Positions 1 to 13,280 of a stretch of 64,000 nucleotides of DNA are shown here, one piece after another. Both the position numbers and the translations under genes were made by a program. The stretch is from Tubiluchus corallicola (taxonomy: Eukaryota > Animalia > Priapulida). Position 1 is the first letter of the stretch; each line of letters begins with the position of its first letter. The stretch spans positions 1,116,001 through 1,180,000 of the forward strand of contig JAQGDQ010000010.1 of the NCBI GenBank assembly GCA_030141605.1, in the 5' to 3' direction. The notes under the pieces are model-generated. The model was not told the DNA's origin. It saw only the letters and a program-made list of their open reading frames with translations, and ran no database searches.

Positions 1-369
1 CATAATAATTGCCATCTTTATTAATTTCAATGACAAACCGTTGGTAGCTCCCTGATAATAAATCAGTGATAATAACTAAAGACTGGCTTTCGGTGTGTTT
101 CTTGATAGAATAATGAAATTACACGTCATTATCAAAAACAGCACTCGGCAAATTTCGGGTTGGCCGACTTGCCCCGAACACTACTTTGCTCAGACGGAAT
201 GGTCGTGAAAAATTATTGTGAATCATCGCATCCGGGCATTAAAAGTGCTGGTGTCATGGCGTTAAATGTTTCTTTAGCAGGAAAAATGACAAAATTTAGT
301 TTTGAACTAAAAACGACATAATAATGTGCTGCCTGTGTTACGTATTAAGCCTCTTTAGTTTGGCGTAAA

Positions 370-3300
370 ATGAGTTTAGGCGTTGACAGCCAAGATTTAA
401 TATCAGAATTAACGCAAGAAGTTGAACGGCTAAACCATGAACTCGCTGCTACCAGCGACCAAAAAGCGCAGGCTGCTCAGTATGGGTTGGTGTTACTGGA
501 AGAAAAAGAATCTTTGCAACAGCGATTCGAAGAGATAGAAACCCAATACGAAAACGCTAAAGCTGAACTTGAATGCGCAAAAGAGGTAAGTCCGATTTTT
601 TCAGCTTGCGGCTTTTGTCGTGCTCGTGCTTTTATTCGGTTTGCTGCTTTATTAATGTAAATCGATTATTAATGTAAATCGATGCATACTTGTTTAGTTT
701 ATAGTTCAAAGCCTAAATTGAAGCCTTCATATTTTTATGCTAGAATTAATTAAATTTTGTGGTTTTATTAAGAGGAAGTAGGATGCGCGATACATCAGTA
801 TGTAGGGCTTAATTGTATAATTATGGTGTCTCCATAATCCTGACTGAGTTTTTTAAAATGACTTAATAATAGGGGTCTCATGTACAAAACTAAGCTTCCT
901 TTTAAATTATCTTGATTATATCCAGGAATCACTTTCTAGGTGCATCCTTGGTGTTGTATCATGTATAACTTTTTTAAGTGTTTGTGTTTAAACCCACAAC
1001 ATTTGAAATATGCGACTGAATTTTGTACATGCATTTTTTAACTTAAGCTGTAAAAACTTCTTGCTTTTTGTAACTTCATTAGGCTCTTCAAAAAGTAAAT
1101 TTGACTCAAAAGAGGGTTACCATCGATGGTGTTTCACGAGAGGAAAATTTGCTACATGAAACTGCCAGTCGGGAGCAACAGTTACTCAGTACCATAAATG
1201 AGTTAGAACTTGAACTGCGATCACACCGTCAGAATGTTGAAAGATATGAAGCTGAAGTGGAGAAACTCAATGCACTGAACAATGAGATAACACGACAGGT
1301 GAAATTGATACTTCTTGTTTTAGCAGATAATTGACGTCAAACAAAGCTTCCAGTTTATCACCACTTTGTTGTTCCCTTACTTGAAAATCATTAACATTAG
1401 CTATATATTAAGACACATTTCTTACCTTTTGCAACTGTTGTTAAAGCCCAAAAATAGACTAATCTTGATTTGTCGTCATTGTAATAGCACTTTATAACTA
1501 ATACATTTATTCAAAGCTGTTTGTGATCCTGTGTCCTTACTGGTGTTTCTGTGCTTGGACATTGTTGCCAAGTATCACACTTGTATTAGATTGTATGTAT
1601 CAGTCTTGATTCCAGGTCGAGCAGCTGGATGCTCAGAGAAAGCTACTGCGTGATGAACTGAAAGAGTACAAATCCATCGAAACTCGAATGTTGCAAGATT
1701 ACTCCGAGCTAGAAGAAGAGAATATCATGTTGCAGAAGCAAGTTTCTGCTCTGAAGTCTAATCAGGTAGTTACAATATTTGTATGCTCACTAAAATAATT
1801 GATATTGGTTTGTGAAAGTCATGTTTGAAGTTGTAGATAACTCACTTTGTAGAACAAGAATAAACAACTATACTACATATTTGCACAAAAGCACAAACGT
1901 GTTTATTAGACTACATACACATATGTAGAATGACTGCTGCACTGAACACTGAGAACAAGAGTGTCCTGCACTGAACACTGATAGTTAGACAGTGACTCGA
2001 AAGTAAATCCAGTCAGTATATATAAGCAGTGGCGTCGTGCCATAGGGGCCCGGGCCCCCCCAATTTTTTTTGGTGCACGATGCCCCTGTATATAGGTATA
2101 GGTGATTATGCAAACTTGGCTTCACAAAAACCATTACTGTAAAATAGGGGGAGATCCAATGAATATGGATTCACTGGACCGTACAATTATACTGGGGGTG
2201 AGTTTAGCTAGTAAAATGTAAAATTATTAGTTCATAGATGGCAGCACCTAAAAAATGTACAATTACAACTTCCACATAGTTAACAAGACAGTAAGTAGGT
2301 AACCATCGTTAATTAGGCCTATGTAAGGTCTCTTGCCTCTGTTTTATTCTACAGTAATTTGTAAAATTGTTTTTAGAAATTTTGTATCTTTAGAAAGGTG
2401 GATGATGTAAAATGCTCATCAAACATGCTGCGTACAATTGATTGAATCATGCGTTCATGCACACTCCATGTAAGACTCCTGTTTATATAAGTACGGGAAG
2501 ACAAAAATGAACAAATATGTGTACAAAAAGATAAATATCGTAACAATTGAGATGCGCATAAGTAACAACTCAAAGCTGATAGAGTTATTTAAAGTCTAAA
2601 ATCTGCTAGAGGAAAATTATTCACACCAGTGAACGTTCAGTAAAAACTGCTTGTAGCATTTACTATAGAAAGAGCTGATTGGAAGACATGTATATCAGAT
2701 TCTCTTTTCTGTCTTATTGCCATTGGATGAGTTTTGACCTTTTGCTAAGTCTTGGGAATTTTCTCTGACCTCATCTGATAAACATCTTTTTAGTTAGCTA
2801 CCCTCTATATACCAGGAATAAGTTATGTGTAAGCAAGACATGACTGTATATGCCTAGAAATATGCATTGAATTGATTTTTTATTACATACATATCACTTT
2901 CTAAATAAAAATTTTATTATGGGTTGATGTAAAATGGCTTATTGTAATTTGGAAAGTCCCCTGATTTTAAAGTTCTAGAACAAACACTACACTGAAAAAT
3001 AATTGATTAACAAGCAACTACTTTTTTAAATTTGGTTAGGTTGAGATGGAAGTCTGGCGTCATGAGAACATACGACTTCATGAAGAAGTTGAGGTACTCA
3101 ATGGTCAGGTGGATGAGTTGAAAAATCTCAAACGAATTGCTGAGAAAAACCTGGAAGAGGCGCTGGAAGCCCTGCAGGTAGAGTAAGAAGTGTAAACAGT
3201 TTGTTTGCATTTGGCTTAGCCATTTTAACATTGCTATTAGAAATGTTGGAGTTTCTCGCATGGGAGCTTATGGAAGTGTGGGTTGTTTAATGGTTGTATT

Positions 3301-6300
3301 ATATTCACATGTTCTGTTTCTGTTGTAACATTAATTTAGTGCTCTTAATTTAGTAATTGTTTAAACTGCTTGTGAGTAGCTAAATGCAGCAGTGTTAATC
3401 TTTTTTTGTTAATTATGTGTTTTAGTTGCAATTGCAGCTATGCATGCATTGTTGTGTTTTGTTGTAAAGCAGTCTGCATTTACTCCACTGTAAAAAATGA
3501 TTCCTGTGTACATCTCTTGTTAATACATCTCTTTGCAAAGCCCTTTTGTAAAGCATGTTAGCCAGCTTTTATTACATTGTTTTGCTTGTTATTCTGTTGT
3601 TGTTGTTATGTTATGCTTTAAGTTTGTTCTTCTGGGATTGACTGCAAGATTACTTCTAAAATGTAGAAGCCTAGATTTCACAGACAGCAACACTGTGTTT
3701 TTAAATTGCAGGAAGAGAGAGAACAGAAACATGCATTCAAGCGTGAACTCGACCAATGCAAGAATTCTGAAGCTTTATTTAACTTCAGCAACTTGGCATT
3801 TAATACGTTCAAGGGAGGAAGTACCACAAATGTTGAAGGAAATGCCAATGCTGCTGGAGACATGGGCTTTGATCATGAGGATGATGATATTGCTCTAAAA
3901 CAGTAAGTAACTACATTTCATCTGATGTCTTAAAGTCCATAAATATAAAATGCTTGTAGCTGTTTTAAATGACCGTTCCATAAATTCTTAACAAGCATTC
4001 GATTAAGTACAGGATTTTCTCATTTTTTCCGTACATGTGTAACAAAGCTTTTTGCAAACCTAAATCCAGTACCCAGCAGCAGATTTTTGCTGATTGAATG
4101 TTGTACTCGGAGCTGGAATCGAGCTTCTTAACAAGAATAATCTTCTAAAATGAGACACTGGACCAGCCGAAGTGTTTTGCCACTTTCATGTGTATATAAG
4201 TCCTCCCTCAATGACAGTAATAGCCGGCTAAAGTTTGATTCAAAGCTTTCTGGCTACACTTTTTCGGGATGAATTTGTTTAGCTGAATCCATTGCTGCTT
4301 CACTTCTGTAGTTAAGTACACACCTGCTATACTGCCTCTAATTTTTTATCTTGCTGTGCGAAGATGTATAGATGCAGATCTGAATTAACCAAGCTAAAAC
4401 ACTTTTGCCGGTTTAATACAGTAGGCTCCACTTAGTAGACTCACGGTTAATAGGCTCAATCGCTTAACTGACTCAAAAACGCCTGGAATGGACCGCTTCT
4501 ATTCAAATGTACATAAAAACTATCGGTAATTAACTCGAATAACTCCACATAATTGACTAAATATTTTCCTTCACCTACTTAAAATAAGACATTTGTATGT
4601 GCCCAAAGACCCTTTCTTAGTTTTATGTCATCTTTACTTCCCTTTTGTGCACTAGGTATACAGAAACAATCATGTTAAGTACCGTTTTGTTTTTAAGCAG
4701 GTACATTTGTCATGCGCTAATACGCTAGCATAGCGGTTTTGCTTTGAATCTGTTACCCGCTCGCCCATGGTTACCCAAAGAATTTCTGGAAGCTAAACAT
4801 TTAAACGCTAGCCTAGCGGCTTCCTTTTGATGCTGCTGTTGTCATACATGATGAAAGTCATACTTTCATACTTAATGAGTTAACTTCAAAGATGCAGGTA
4901 CAGTAATCAGCTGGTATTCCTTGTGACTTACAAGAGTAAACATAGTACAGCAAATAAGAGCAATGTAAGTGAACTGATGATTCAGAACTGTTTTAGTCAC
5001 ACACAACAACAGATTTTCAACGTTTTTATAATCACGAGAACTTTGTGGGTGAACTTCTTCGCGAGAAAATGAAGCAGCCAACTTTGAAGGAATTTTTGTA
5101 ATTTTGCAAATAAATTATACTTTTTAGTTTATCGCTAATTCACTTATATAAATTAATATTTTAAAATTTTTTTTCTGATTTTTAACTGCACAGAGAAATT
5201 TATGGAATTACTTCGTTTCTAAAATTCATTAAAAACCTTTGCAGTACATAGTAAGCTGATGACTCTTACATTCTGTACCTATAACTACACCCATCGGTTA
5301 ATAGGTTCACTCGGTTAATTAGGTCAGAACACGTTGGTCCCAAAGTGAGTCTATTAAGCGGCGCCTACTGTATATAGTATTTTTAGAGAAATCTTTGATA
5401 ATGAAACCGATTACAGTCCTGCCACAACTGTATACGCTCATATCTCGGTTTGTCGGACCTCGCTTTTACGGATATCGGAAGAATCGGACAAAATCTGGAC
5501 CTTTAAAAAGTCTGGCACACTACGGACACAGTCCATTGTTTCACGAACTGACCGCTAGTTGGCGGACCGTCATTTTGTGTACATCATTACATCAGTGCAA
5601 CCACGTGTATATCTCTATATATAAAAATTATAGAGTCAATTTTATATACTTTTGCATAGGAGTTAGTTTGCAAGTTAGTAAGTTTGCACTCTCACTGCTT
5701 TATCGTTTTTGCATTAATTAGTGTAAAACACTCCTATCTTTGAGTTGTCTAAACCCTGAAGTTCCTCATCGGATTATGTCACAATCATAAGCATTTTTGG
5801 ATGTGTATTCTGGCTTGTTGTGTGCCAAACTATTATTTCCATTACCAGTCACTAGCGATCAAAAATTATTAGATACTTGACATAACAATGTTTCACATTA
5901 GTGCTTTAAGGTATACCATATTTTTGTGACTAAAATTGATGTATTATCAACCTTCCCATACATACTGCACTAATTTCTTTTCATTTTTCGATTATCATCC
6001 AAATCGGTGTTTACAAATTTTCCTTAACCATATTACTTTTATTAATTCTTTTCACTTCATTGCAGATTTGATGCTGATTTTGCTGCCAGAACTGAAGATG
6101 ACATACCTCGATCGAGCTTGGCCAACGAGCTGATGAGTGAGCTCCACATGACAGAAATTCACAAGCTCGAGCAAGAGCTAAACAAACTACAAGAGGAAAA
6201 ACTACAGCTTGCAAAAATAATACAGGAATGGGAACGGAAGCTGGACACCATGCACAGCGAGCTTGCTCATGGAGAATTGTCCTCGCGACTCTTGCAGCTA

Positions 6301-7599
6301 GTCGAGGAGATGAAAGAAAACAACACTGCATCTTTGGCTGACGAGAACAAAGACGGAGAAAGCGAGTCCCCTGAAATACTCAAGCTGTCTAAATTGGTTC
6401 GTGCCAGTGAGAAAAATTATGCTCTAGCTTTAAAGCAAATTGTCGAACTGGAGTCTGAAGTTGCTAAGGCACAGGATGAGGAAAACAGTGTGTCGCATCA
6501 TCACGAGTCATTTGTCAAAGACCTTCAGGATGATTTTGCCAAGTTGAAGAACAGAGTTATTGAATATGAGGAGAAGGTGAAGTATCTGGAGGAAGATCTG
6601 CAGACGATGAGCGAAGTTGCCGGGGAATCACAGAAATGTCTGACTCACACACAAGATGAACTGTTAAACATCAGCGAGAACATAGCACAGTTATATCACC
6701 ATGTGTGTGTGGCCAATAATGAAATGCCAAACCGTGTTGTGTTGGACCACAACCGCGAAAAGGGGAAACTGTTCGAACCAAGTAAGAAGGACGGTGCTGA
6801 TGCTAATGTCAAAGCTGAAGTAAAAGAAGAGAGACTCGATGAAGCGACTGAAGAAAAAATTGTTCCGGAAAAGAAAGCCATCATTGAAATGAGAAAGAGA
6901 TTATCTGGGTCAGAAGAAGCTAAAGGTGACCCAACAACTTGCCGAAAACTACTTGATACCATAAAAGATCAAATGTCTTTTCTTGGTAAGGCTGTCGGAA
7001 CGACAATAGAACATGCTCGATTAGGTTTGGCCACTGATGATCAATCCGTGGATGTTCAGGAGCTGCAAGAACAGATACTGAAACTCAAGGCGCTGCTGTC
7101 TACGAAACGGGAGCAGATTGCGACACTGCGCACAGTTTTGCGCGCGAACAAGTCCACCGCCGAAGTTGCCCTGGCCAATCTCAAAGCAAAGTATGAAAAT
7201 GAGCGAGTTATTGTCACGGATACAATGATGAAGCTGAGAAACGAACTGAAGGCATTAAAAGAGGATGCTGCCACATTTGCTTCATTGCGTGCCATGTTTG
7301 CTAGCCGATGTGAGGAATACGTTCAGCAGTTAGATGAACTGCAGCGACAGCTAAATTCCGCCGAAGAGGAAAAGAAGACTTTGAATTCACTATTGCGAAT
7401 GGCAATCCAGCAGAAACTGGCACTAACACAAAGACTGGAAGACTACGAGTATGACAGGGAGCGCCACCAGTTGCGGCGACAGGGTGGCGGAGCAAGGAGG
7501 AATAACCCCCCTCGGGTAGGTTACAATCCCTACACTTTTGTTATGTCTCGACGTGATAATAGTCAGAATGCATCTGTGAGTAACCGTCGTGATCACTAA
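370..7599 (+). CDS. BicD: Protein Bicaudal D homolog (dynein-dynactin cargo adaptor), short isoform, ~814 aa, 6 exons
   Basis: Exons 370-585, 1083-1298, 1616-1765, 3040-3177, 3712-3902, 6066-7599; all GT-AG and phase-consistent. Coiled coil with CC1 box [28 protein letters not shown], Spindly-like LMSELH, and the highly conserved C-terminal [34 protein letters not shown]...[23 protein letters not shown]...[28 protein letters not shown]-type block. AATAAA at 7741. Confidence 0.96.
2027..2088. mobile_element. 62-bp hAT-type MITE
   Basis: TIRs cagtggcgtcgtgc / gcacgatgcccctg (12/14 match); 8-bp flanking duplication tatataag / tatatagg. Confidence 0.7.
4070..4180 (-). mobile_element. Degenerate tRNA-derived SINE head
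   Basis: Minus strand has a B-box-like agctcgattccagc preceded by an A-box-like ggctggtccagtg; heavily decayed. Confidence 0.3.
4419..5370. mobile_element. Non-autonomous Tc1/mariner (pogo/Tigger-like) DNA transposon, 952 bp, in BicD intron 5
   Basis: 26-bp TIRs cagtaggctccacttagtagactcac vs revcomp cagtaggcgccgcttaatagactcac (23/26). TA flanks both ends (4417-18, 5371-72). Subterminal cggttaat repeats; no transposase ORF. Confidence 0.85.
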
Positions 7600-8705
7600 C
7601 CTATGGCTTAGCTGTCAGGTGGTGGTACTAACTGACAAACATCTGTCAAGTAGAGAAACAGCATAGCTGTAAGCTAGTCTTATAATCATGTCAGAAACCA
7701 GTGTTTTAGGCTAATTGTGACTTGACGATCTCATTTTAATAATAAATGCTAGGATATAACGAAACTAGAATGTTTGAGCCTCCTGTCTGCAAGCACAGTT
7801 TTAAAACACAGTACACTCCTAATCACACCTTAAGGTTAATTCACCTTTTTAACGTGATCTAGCACATTACTGTAAATTGTTCTTGGCTTGTGTCATTTGG
7901 CCAGAGTGCAATTAAACCTTCCTGTTGTTGAAAATTTTTATTGTTTGTTATGAATACTGTAGTGATATTAAGCACACAACTCTACTGTAAGTTACAGTAG
8001 TCCTGCCTAAATCTGTTGATAAAATCTATATTTTTGTTAGTTTTTAATAATCGTAATATATTCAGGGAAATGCACTTGATGTTGTGTATTATTCAGCACT
8101 ATAAAAGAAAGCATTTTTATCTTTACTCTGACAATGTTTTTGTTTGTTGTAATAAGTGTTTACAGAAATGTTTAACTTATTCCTAGAATTTTTTTTACTA
8201 GAATCTAGGATGTAGATTGTATTTATTTTAATTGTGTATTGCAATTGCAGTTTATTAATGTGTCTTATGCTTCTCAAAATTTGTTGCAATAATTTGCTCA
8301 TGCTTCTTTTTTTACCTAATTTATTATAAAATAAAACTATTAAGAAAAGCTTTTGCTCCGTTATTGTATTTTAGTTTGTCATTTGTGGGTTCATTATCAT
8401 TTTTCTTGTCATTACCATCAGCTGTTGTATATCTTTCATTTTTAGCAAGCTTTTTGAATTTTATCTGAATAAAATATCTGGCATATTCGTTTTGCAATTT
8501 TAACTCCATTAGTCACAAATTTTTGTGTTTCTACATAGCAGAAGTCTATTAACGTACTTCCAACTGTAACTTGTTGCTAGTGGCAATTTGTCTGCTAATA
8601 ATCTGCTTCGGGGCTGCTCCATTCTTTTTAACAGTTTTCATTCTATTAACACATTGTAAATGTGCATTTTTTTCATGTTTAAACTGACCGGCTCTTATTT
8701 TTCAG

Positions 8706-10112
8706 GGGAGTCCTGGTCAGCGGTCGAGGGGTACCCGAGGCAGATCTAGCGGACAATTCTCAAACAGTCAGACAGAACAAAATAACAATTACAGCTGTGC
8801 TCGTAAGTCGCTTTCTTTTGATAGCAATCCAGTAGCAGACTCGGCACCTCAAAAGTCAGCAAATGCAGCCAACAAACAAGGTAAAATATTAAACGATGAC
8901 TGTTCGAATGCCCAAACTGATGAGCATGACATTATTGTGTTATATGATGGCAACACCACTGGTGAATCATCAAAACAGCAATCTCCTCCAAGCCTTAAGC
9001 ATCAAGAACCTTCAAGGGTGAACTCAAAGACTCGCAGCTCGCATCCATGGACTTCCAAGCAGAAAGAACAGGTGTTAACAAGCTCCCAGCAGCAAAGCCC
9101 ACCTCCTTTAATGAGCTTAAAAAACTTGAGGCCTCCGCCGTTGCTGACCACTAACAATATTCCTTCTAAGTCATTTCCAGAAACATTAAACACGGTCATG
9201 TCTCATCCTGTTGAGAGACCTACTTCTAAATCAAAGAAACGGCGGAACAAAGGTCATTACCAACCCACTTATAGCAACTTTGGATACAATTTCTCTCCAG
9301 CCAACAAAGAAGCAACTAATTACAATTTCGTTTCTGATACACATAATAATACGGATAAGCAAAGAAATGTTCCAGATTCTTTTAGTTCAGAAAATCGAAT
9401 TGGCGAGGGTAAAGGTAGTAGGGGTCAGGCTAGCCCACGGGCTCGTGGATCTCAGAGCAGAGGAAAGTATCAAATGAGAAGGTTCCCCAATCCATACTCA
9501 TCAAGAACAAAAGGTAGGTACAGTAAGGGAAGTTACCACAACAGTCCATTCAGTGCTTCAAGTAAATACTCAAATTTCCGTATCAGTGTGAACGAACAAG
9601 ATGGAAAGAGGCGGTTCCCAGATCCGGACATTTCTAGAGCTGTTGAGTCCGAGAATTTACTATCTGACAGGTCAGGGCAAGGGAGGGCACTGCAAAGGTC
9701 AGATGATGTGTCACAGAGTAGTCCATGCCGAAAACCAGCATTACCATCAATGGCCAGGTCGTCCAATAAAACACAAGATAGTCCATCTGGGAAATCACCC
9801 AAGCCATCAAAGTCCAAAATGGACTGCAGGTCACACAATGCTCCAAACCAGAATGTACCTGCAGCATCACCGTCGAAATTAGACAAAGACGATGGGTCAC
9901 GTGATCTTCAACCTGGAAAAGTGCTATCTACAGCAACTACATCCAAATTGGATAATAGATCACAAGATACTGTCCACACAAAAGTTTGCATGACACCTGC
10001 ATCCAAGCCAGGCAGCATGCCAAAGAATCCTCCCCACCGGAAGTTGCCATCTGCTTCATCGCAAGATCCTTCAAATTTAAATGCACAAACATCTCCAAGC
10101 AAAAAATATTGA
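8706..10112 (+). CDS. BicD: Alternative terminal coding exon of BicD (468-aa Ser/Pro/Lys/Arg-rich disordered tail)
   Basis: Acceptor tttttcag at 8705 is followed by a 1407-nt stop-free frame that includes track ORF 8937-10112. It is in phase 0 with an internal donor CGG|gtaggt at 7515/7516 of BicD exon 6. Confidence 0.72.
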   Translation, partial: GSPGQRSRGTRGRSSGQFSNSQTEQNNNYSCARKSLSFDSNPVADSAPQKSANAANKQGKILNDDCSNAQTDEHDIIVLYDGNTTGESSKQQSPPSLKHQEPSRVNSKTRSSHPWTSKQKEQVLTSSQQQSPPPLMSLKNLRPPPLLTTNNIPSKSFPETLNTVMSHPVERPTSKSKKRRNKGHYQPTYSNFGYNFSPANKEATNYNFVSDTHNNTDKQRNVPDSFSSENRIGEGKGSRGQASPRARGSQSRGKYQMRRFPNPYSSRTKGRYSKGSYHNSPFSASSKYSNFRISVNEQDGKRRFPDPDISRAVESENLLSDRSGQGRALQRSDDVSQSSPCRKPALPSMARSSNKTQDSPSGKSPKPSKSKMDCRSHNAPNQNVPAASPSKLDKDDGSRDLQPGKVLSTATTSKLDNRSQDTVHTKVCMTPASKPGSMPKNPPHRKLPSASSQDPSNLNAQTSPSKKY

Positions 10113-13100
10113 AATAACTAGCAATAGTAAATTTTGCCTGTGGCAGATTGATAGCTGTCGACGTGAATTGGAAAACGGTGTAATTAATGAGTGATAGCTA
10201 TTACATAGTGTAATGACTTGAGCACTCTTACTTTCCTTGGTTTTCCCTTTCTCGAAGTTCCTTCAAATTTGTGAAACGATAATTATTCATAACAAAAAAC
10301 ACAATGTAGCCCTTGTCATAACTGAGTACGTCCTGGGCTTCTTGTTGTTTTATTACTGTCACTTGCACATAAAAACTAGTTATGCATTCCTACCAATAGG
10401 ATAGTTAATATTCAGCATTTGCGATATGGTCTCTATAATCTTCCAGATATACTTCTAGCTAAAATAAAGCTCCAAATTTGTGATTACTAAAGTGAGCTTA
10501 TTATTTTCGTTTTGTTTCTAATAAAAAGAAAATAGGCTATTAAGCTACTGAATATTTAATACACAAGAGAAGTCAACCCATTTTTTATATATCATTACTG
10601 GTGAAATATGGGTTACATATTAGGCTTATCTGAATAATGTAAAATATAACAAGGTTTTTGCCAAGTGAATATCCTATACTGTAACTGCTAATTATACACT
10701 CAATTGCTGTACTCACTTTACAGTAACCTTAGTTACTTGCATAGTCATCCTATTGGTAAAATTTGACTCAATTACTTGCACTACCTGAAAGTTAAAGCAA
10801 GGATTTCAATAGTTATTGTATTTGAATGAAATTATATGACATGAAGGTGCTGACGGTCTTCGGTGAAGCAAATATCATTAAAATCCACTAAAATGTTTTG
10901 ACATTGTGGCTCTGAAACAAAGGGCAGATTGTTGTATTCAGCAGCTTGTCTATGACTATGTTGTCTTGGCCTGCATTAAAGAAGGGTCTATTTAATAGGT
11001 AGGTGTTAAATCAATTTAATATCACTTATTTTGATGAAAAAAATTTACAAAAATTTGTTTAGTCCCTTTATTACTGTTTCAAGTGCCTATAATTGTTGTT
11101 CTTTATTTTTAATGCAACAAGAAGTATGCCTTATTTTTCACTATTTATTACTTTGTTTTAATAAATATTGTGCATTTTTTATTTTATCAAAATGTTTTTC
11201 ACTAAGTGCCTAACTAATCAAAAGTGCTATAGTCATAATGGTGGTAGCAGATATCTAAATTAAATGATGGTACTAGTAATTAGTATTAATATATTAGAAG
11301 TTGACAAATATATTTACATTGGTTATTTTTAGCCATAGTTATTTTAATTAAGTTTATGATTCTATAAAATCAAAAAGAGAATTTCAGATTCCAAATGCAT
11401 TATTCGTTTTAATTACAGCAAATCCGAAATTTAATTTGGTATTCAAGCTCTATTTCTGTTCTTTCCTACAATATTGTACTAAATATAAGTCATTGTTTGT
11501 AATCCATCTTGTTCAAAACATAATATTAGTTGTCGTACATTAATTTTATCATTATGAATTTAAACCAGCAAATTAATTTTATGATAGTGTTTTCACTATT
11601 CATTAGTTTTACACATAGATTTTATTGCCTGTTTGTTATCTGCTTTTCTACGAAAAGTCATTTTGCAATTATCATTCTGCACAGTACTTTCGTGTAAAAT
11701 GTACTTTTTCATAATGCATTTTTAGATTTTTATATTGTAAGTCTTATAATGCAGAATCCACACTTTATATTTGGTGTATTTTATATGTATATCATAATAA
11801 CTTTTTTGGCAATTTTAAAATACTCTTTGATGATAATAAGTCTCCAAAATGAAGCAAAATGTTTGACACCACCACAGTAAACTAATGACACACATTATAA
11901 CATAGCGCAGAGTTTATTTATAAATATTATATGTACGAAACCAGCTATACTGTACATAATCCTATAAATAACTGTTGTTAATACTTACACGACCACGTAA
12001 ACAAATAGCGAAATTAATTTTTGGTATTTAATCACAGTAAGATAAATAGAAAAGAAAACAAAAATCACATCAACACACAGTCCTGCCTTGTAAACGTAAC
12101 AGCAAATGAAGGTAAAGTTACAAAACAGCGGAAATGTGGAATGCGGCTGAAGCCCTTATACAGTTAAATACTTAACTGCAGTTATAAACGTGTCTTATGA
12201 CTATGTACAAGTAGTTGGTGGTATAGAAGTTGAACTACCACATTTGTCAGACTCATCAAAAAACAGCAAACATTAGTTTATGCAAAACAATCTCAAAGAA
12301 AATTCAGTGGAAGTGAAAAATTAGCAGACAAATTTGATGATGATGCACACAAAATAATGTAAAAATTTTGAAGAAGCCAATGACTTAATGCTGCTTTACC
12401 GTTACACCTTTAATTGTTACCAAAAAGGAAACACTCATTAGAACATAATTTAAATGCTCAACAAAGTAAAAAATTATTCACATCTTTATACGGTGAAAAT
12501 ATTTGCACGTGAAAAAACTCGTATTACTTACTATAGGCCAACTTCAACATAAACTATTCATATTGTGAATAACAAAAAATTATTCTGAAAGACAATTTCA
12601 GCTGACTCTGTATTTACACTGTCAGTAAATATGACACAGCTATAAATATTCTGAAATGGCCGTTTGTGCAAGTAACGAAAACATCAGCTCACAAAAAAGA
12701 GAAAGGTACAATTAAGGTGCTGCTTTGTGATGGGTAAAGTATAAAAAAGTAAGTGTTGAGCCTTAACACAAAAATTGTAAGATATAACTGACAGATCATC
12801 TAGGTAAACCGTTCAAGCCAGTTTATGACAACAGGAGCGAATAAATTGCAGACTAATTGTCAAGATCCTATAGCTGCCGTTAATAAAAGCAGATATCGCA
12901 CGACAAAATTTCAAGAAACTTGGAAAATTATAAGTAACGAAAGCAGTATTTTAATAAATCATTTTATAATTGATAATTGAAAAAAACTTATATGATTGAA
13001 GCATTTGTGTATAGAAAAGCTCGGTGTATATGAAAGTTGCATTAATAATAAAAAAGACTGTATTAGAATCGCACAGTGTGGCTGGTAACATAAACGTAAA

Positions 13101-13280
13101 GCATTTTGCTTTGGTTTGTTTATTTCTGCCTGATATTTCAATTTGTTATAATATTACAAACTAGGAAGCAAGTGATCCTGTAATAATTGTACAAAGGATG
13201 AAAATTATTATGAGAATATTGGACGAATACACTTGGTGATAGGATGGTGATGATGACGGCAGCGATGCCAGCTTGCTGCT

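Noticed and set aside
1845-2026. LTR-like segment with TATATA, AATAAA and a short direct repeat
   Set aside because: No definable second end or TSD.
5413-5570. Second TA-CAGT-type MITE start
   Set aside because: No matching right TIR found.
6011-10102. Antisense and alternate-frame ORFs over the BicD exons
   Set aside because: Shadows of the real coding frame with no recognisable motifs.
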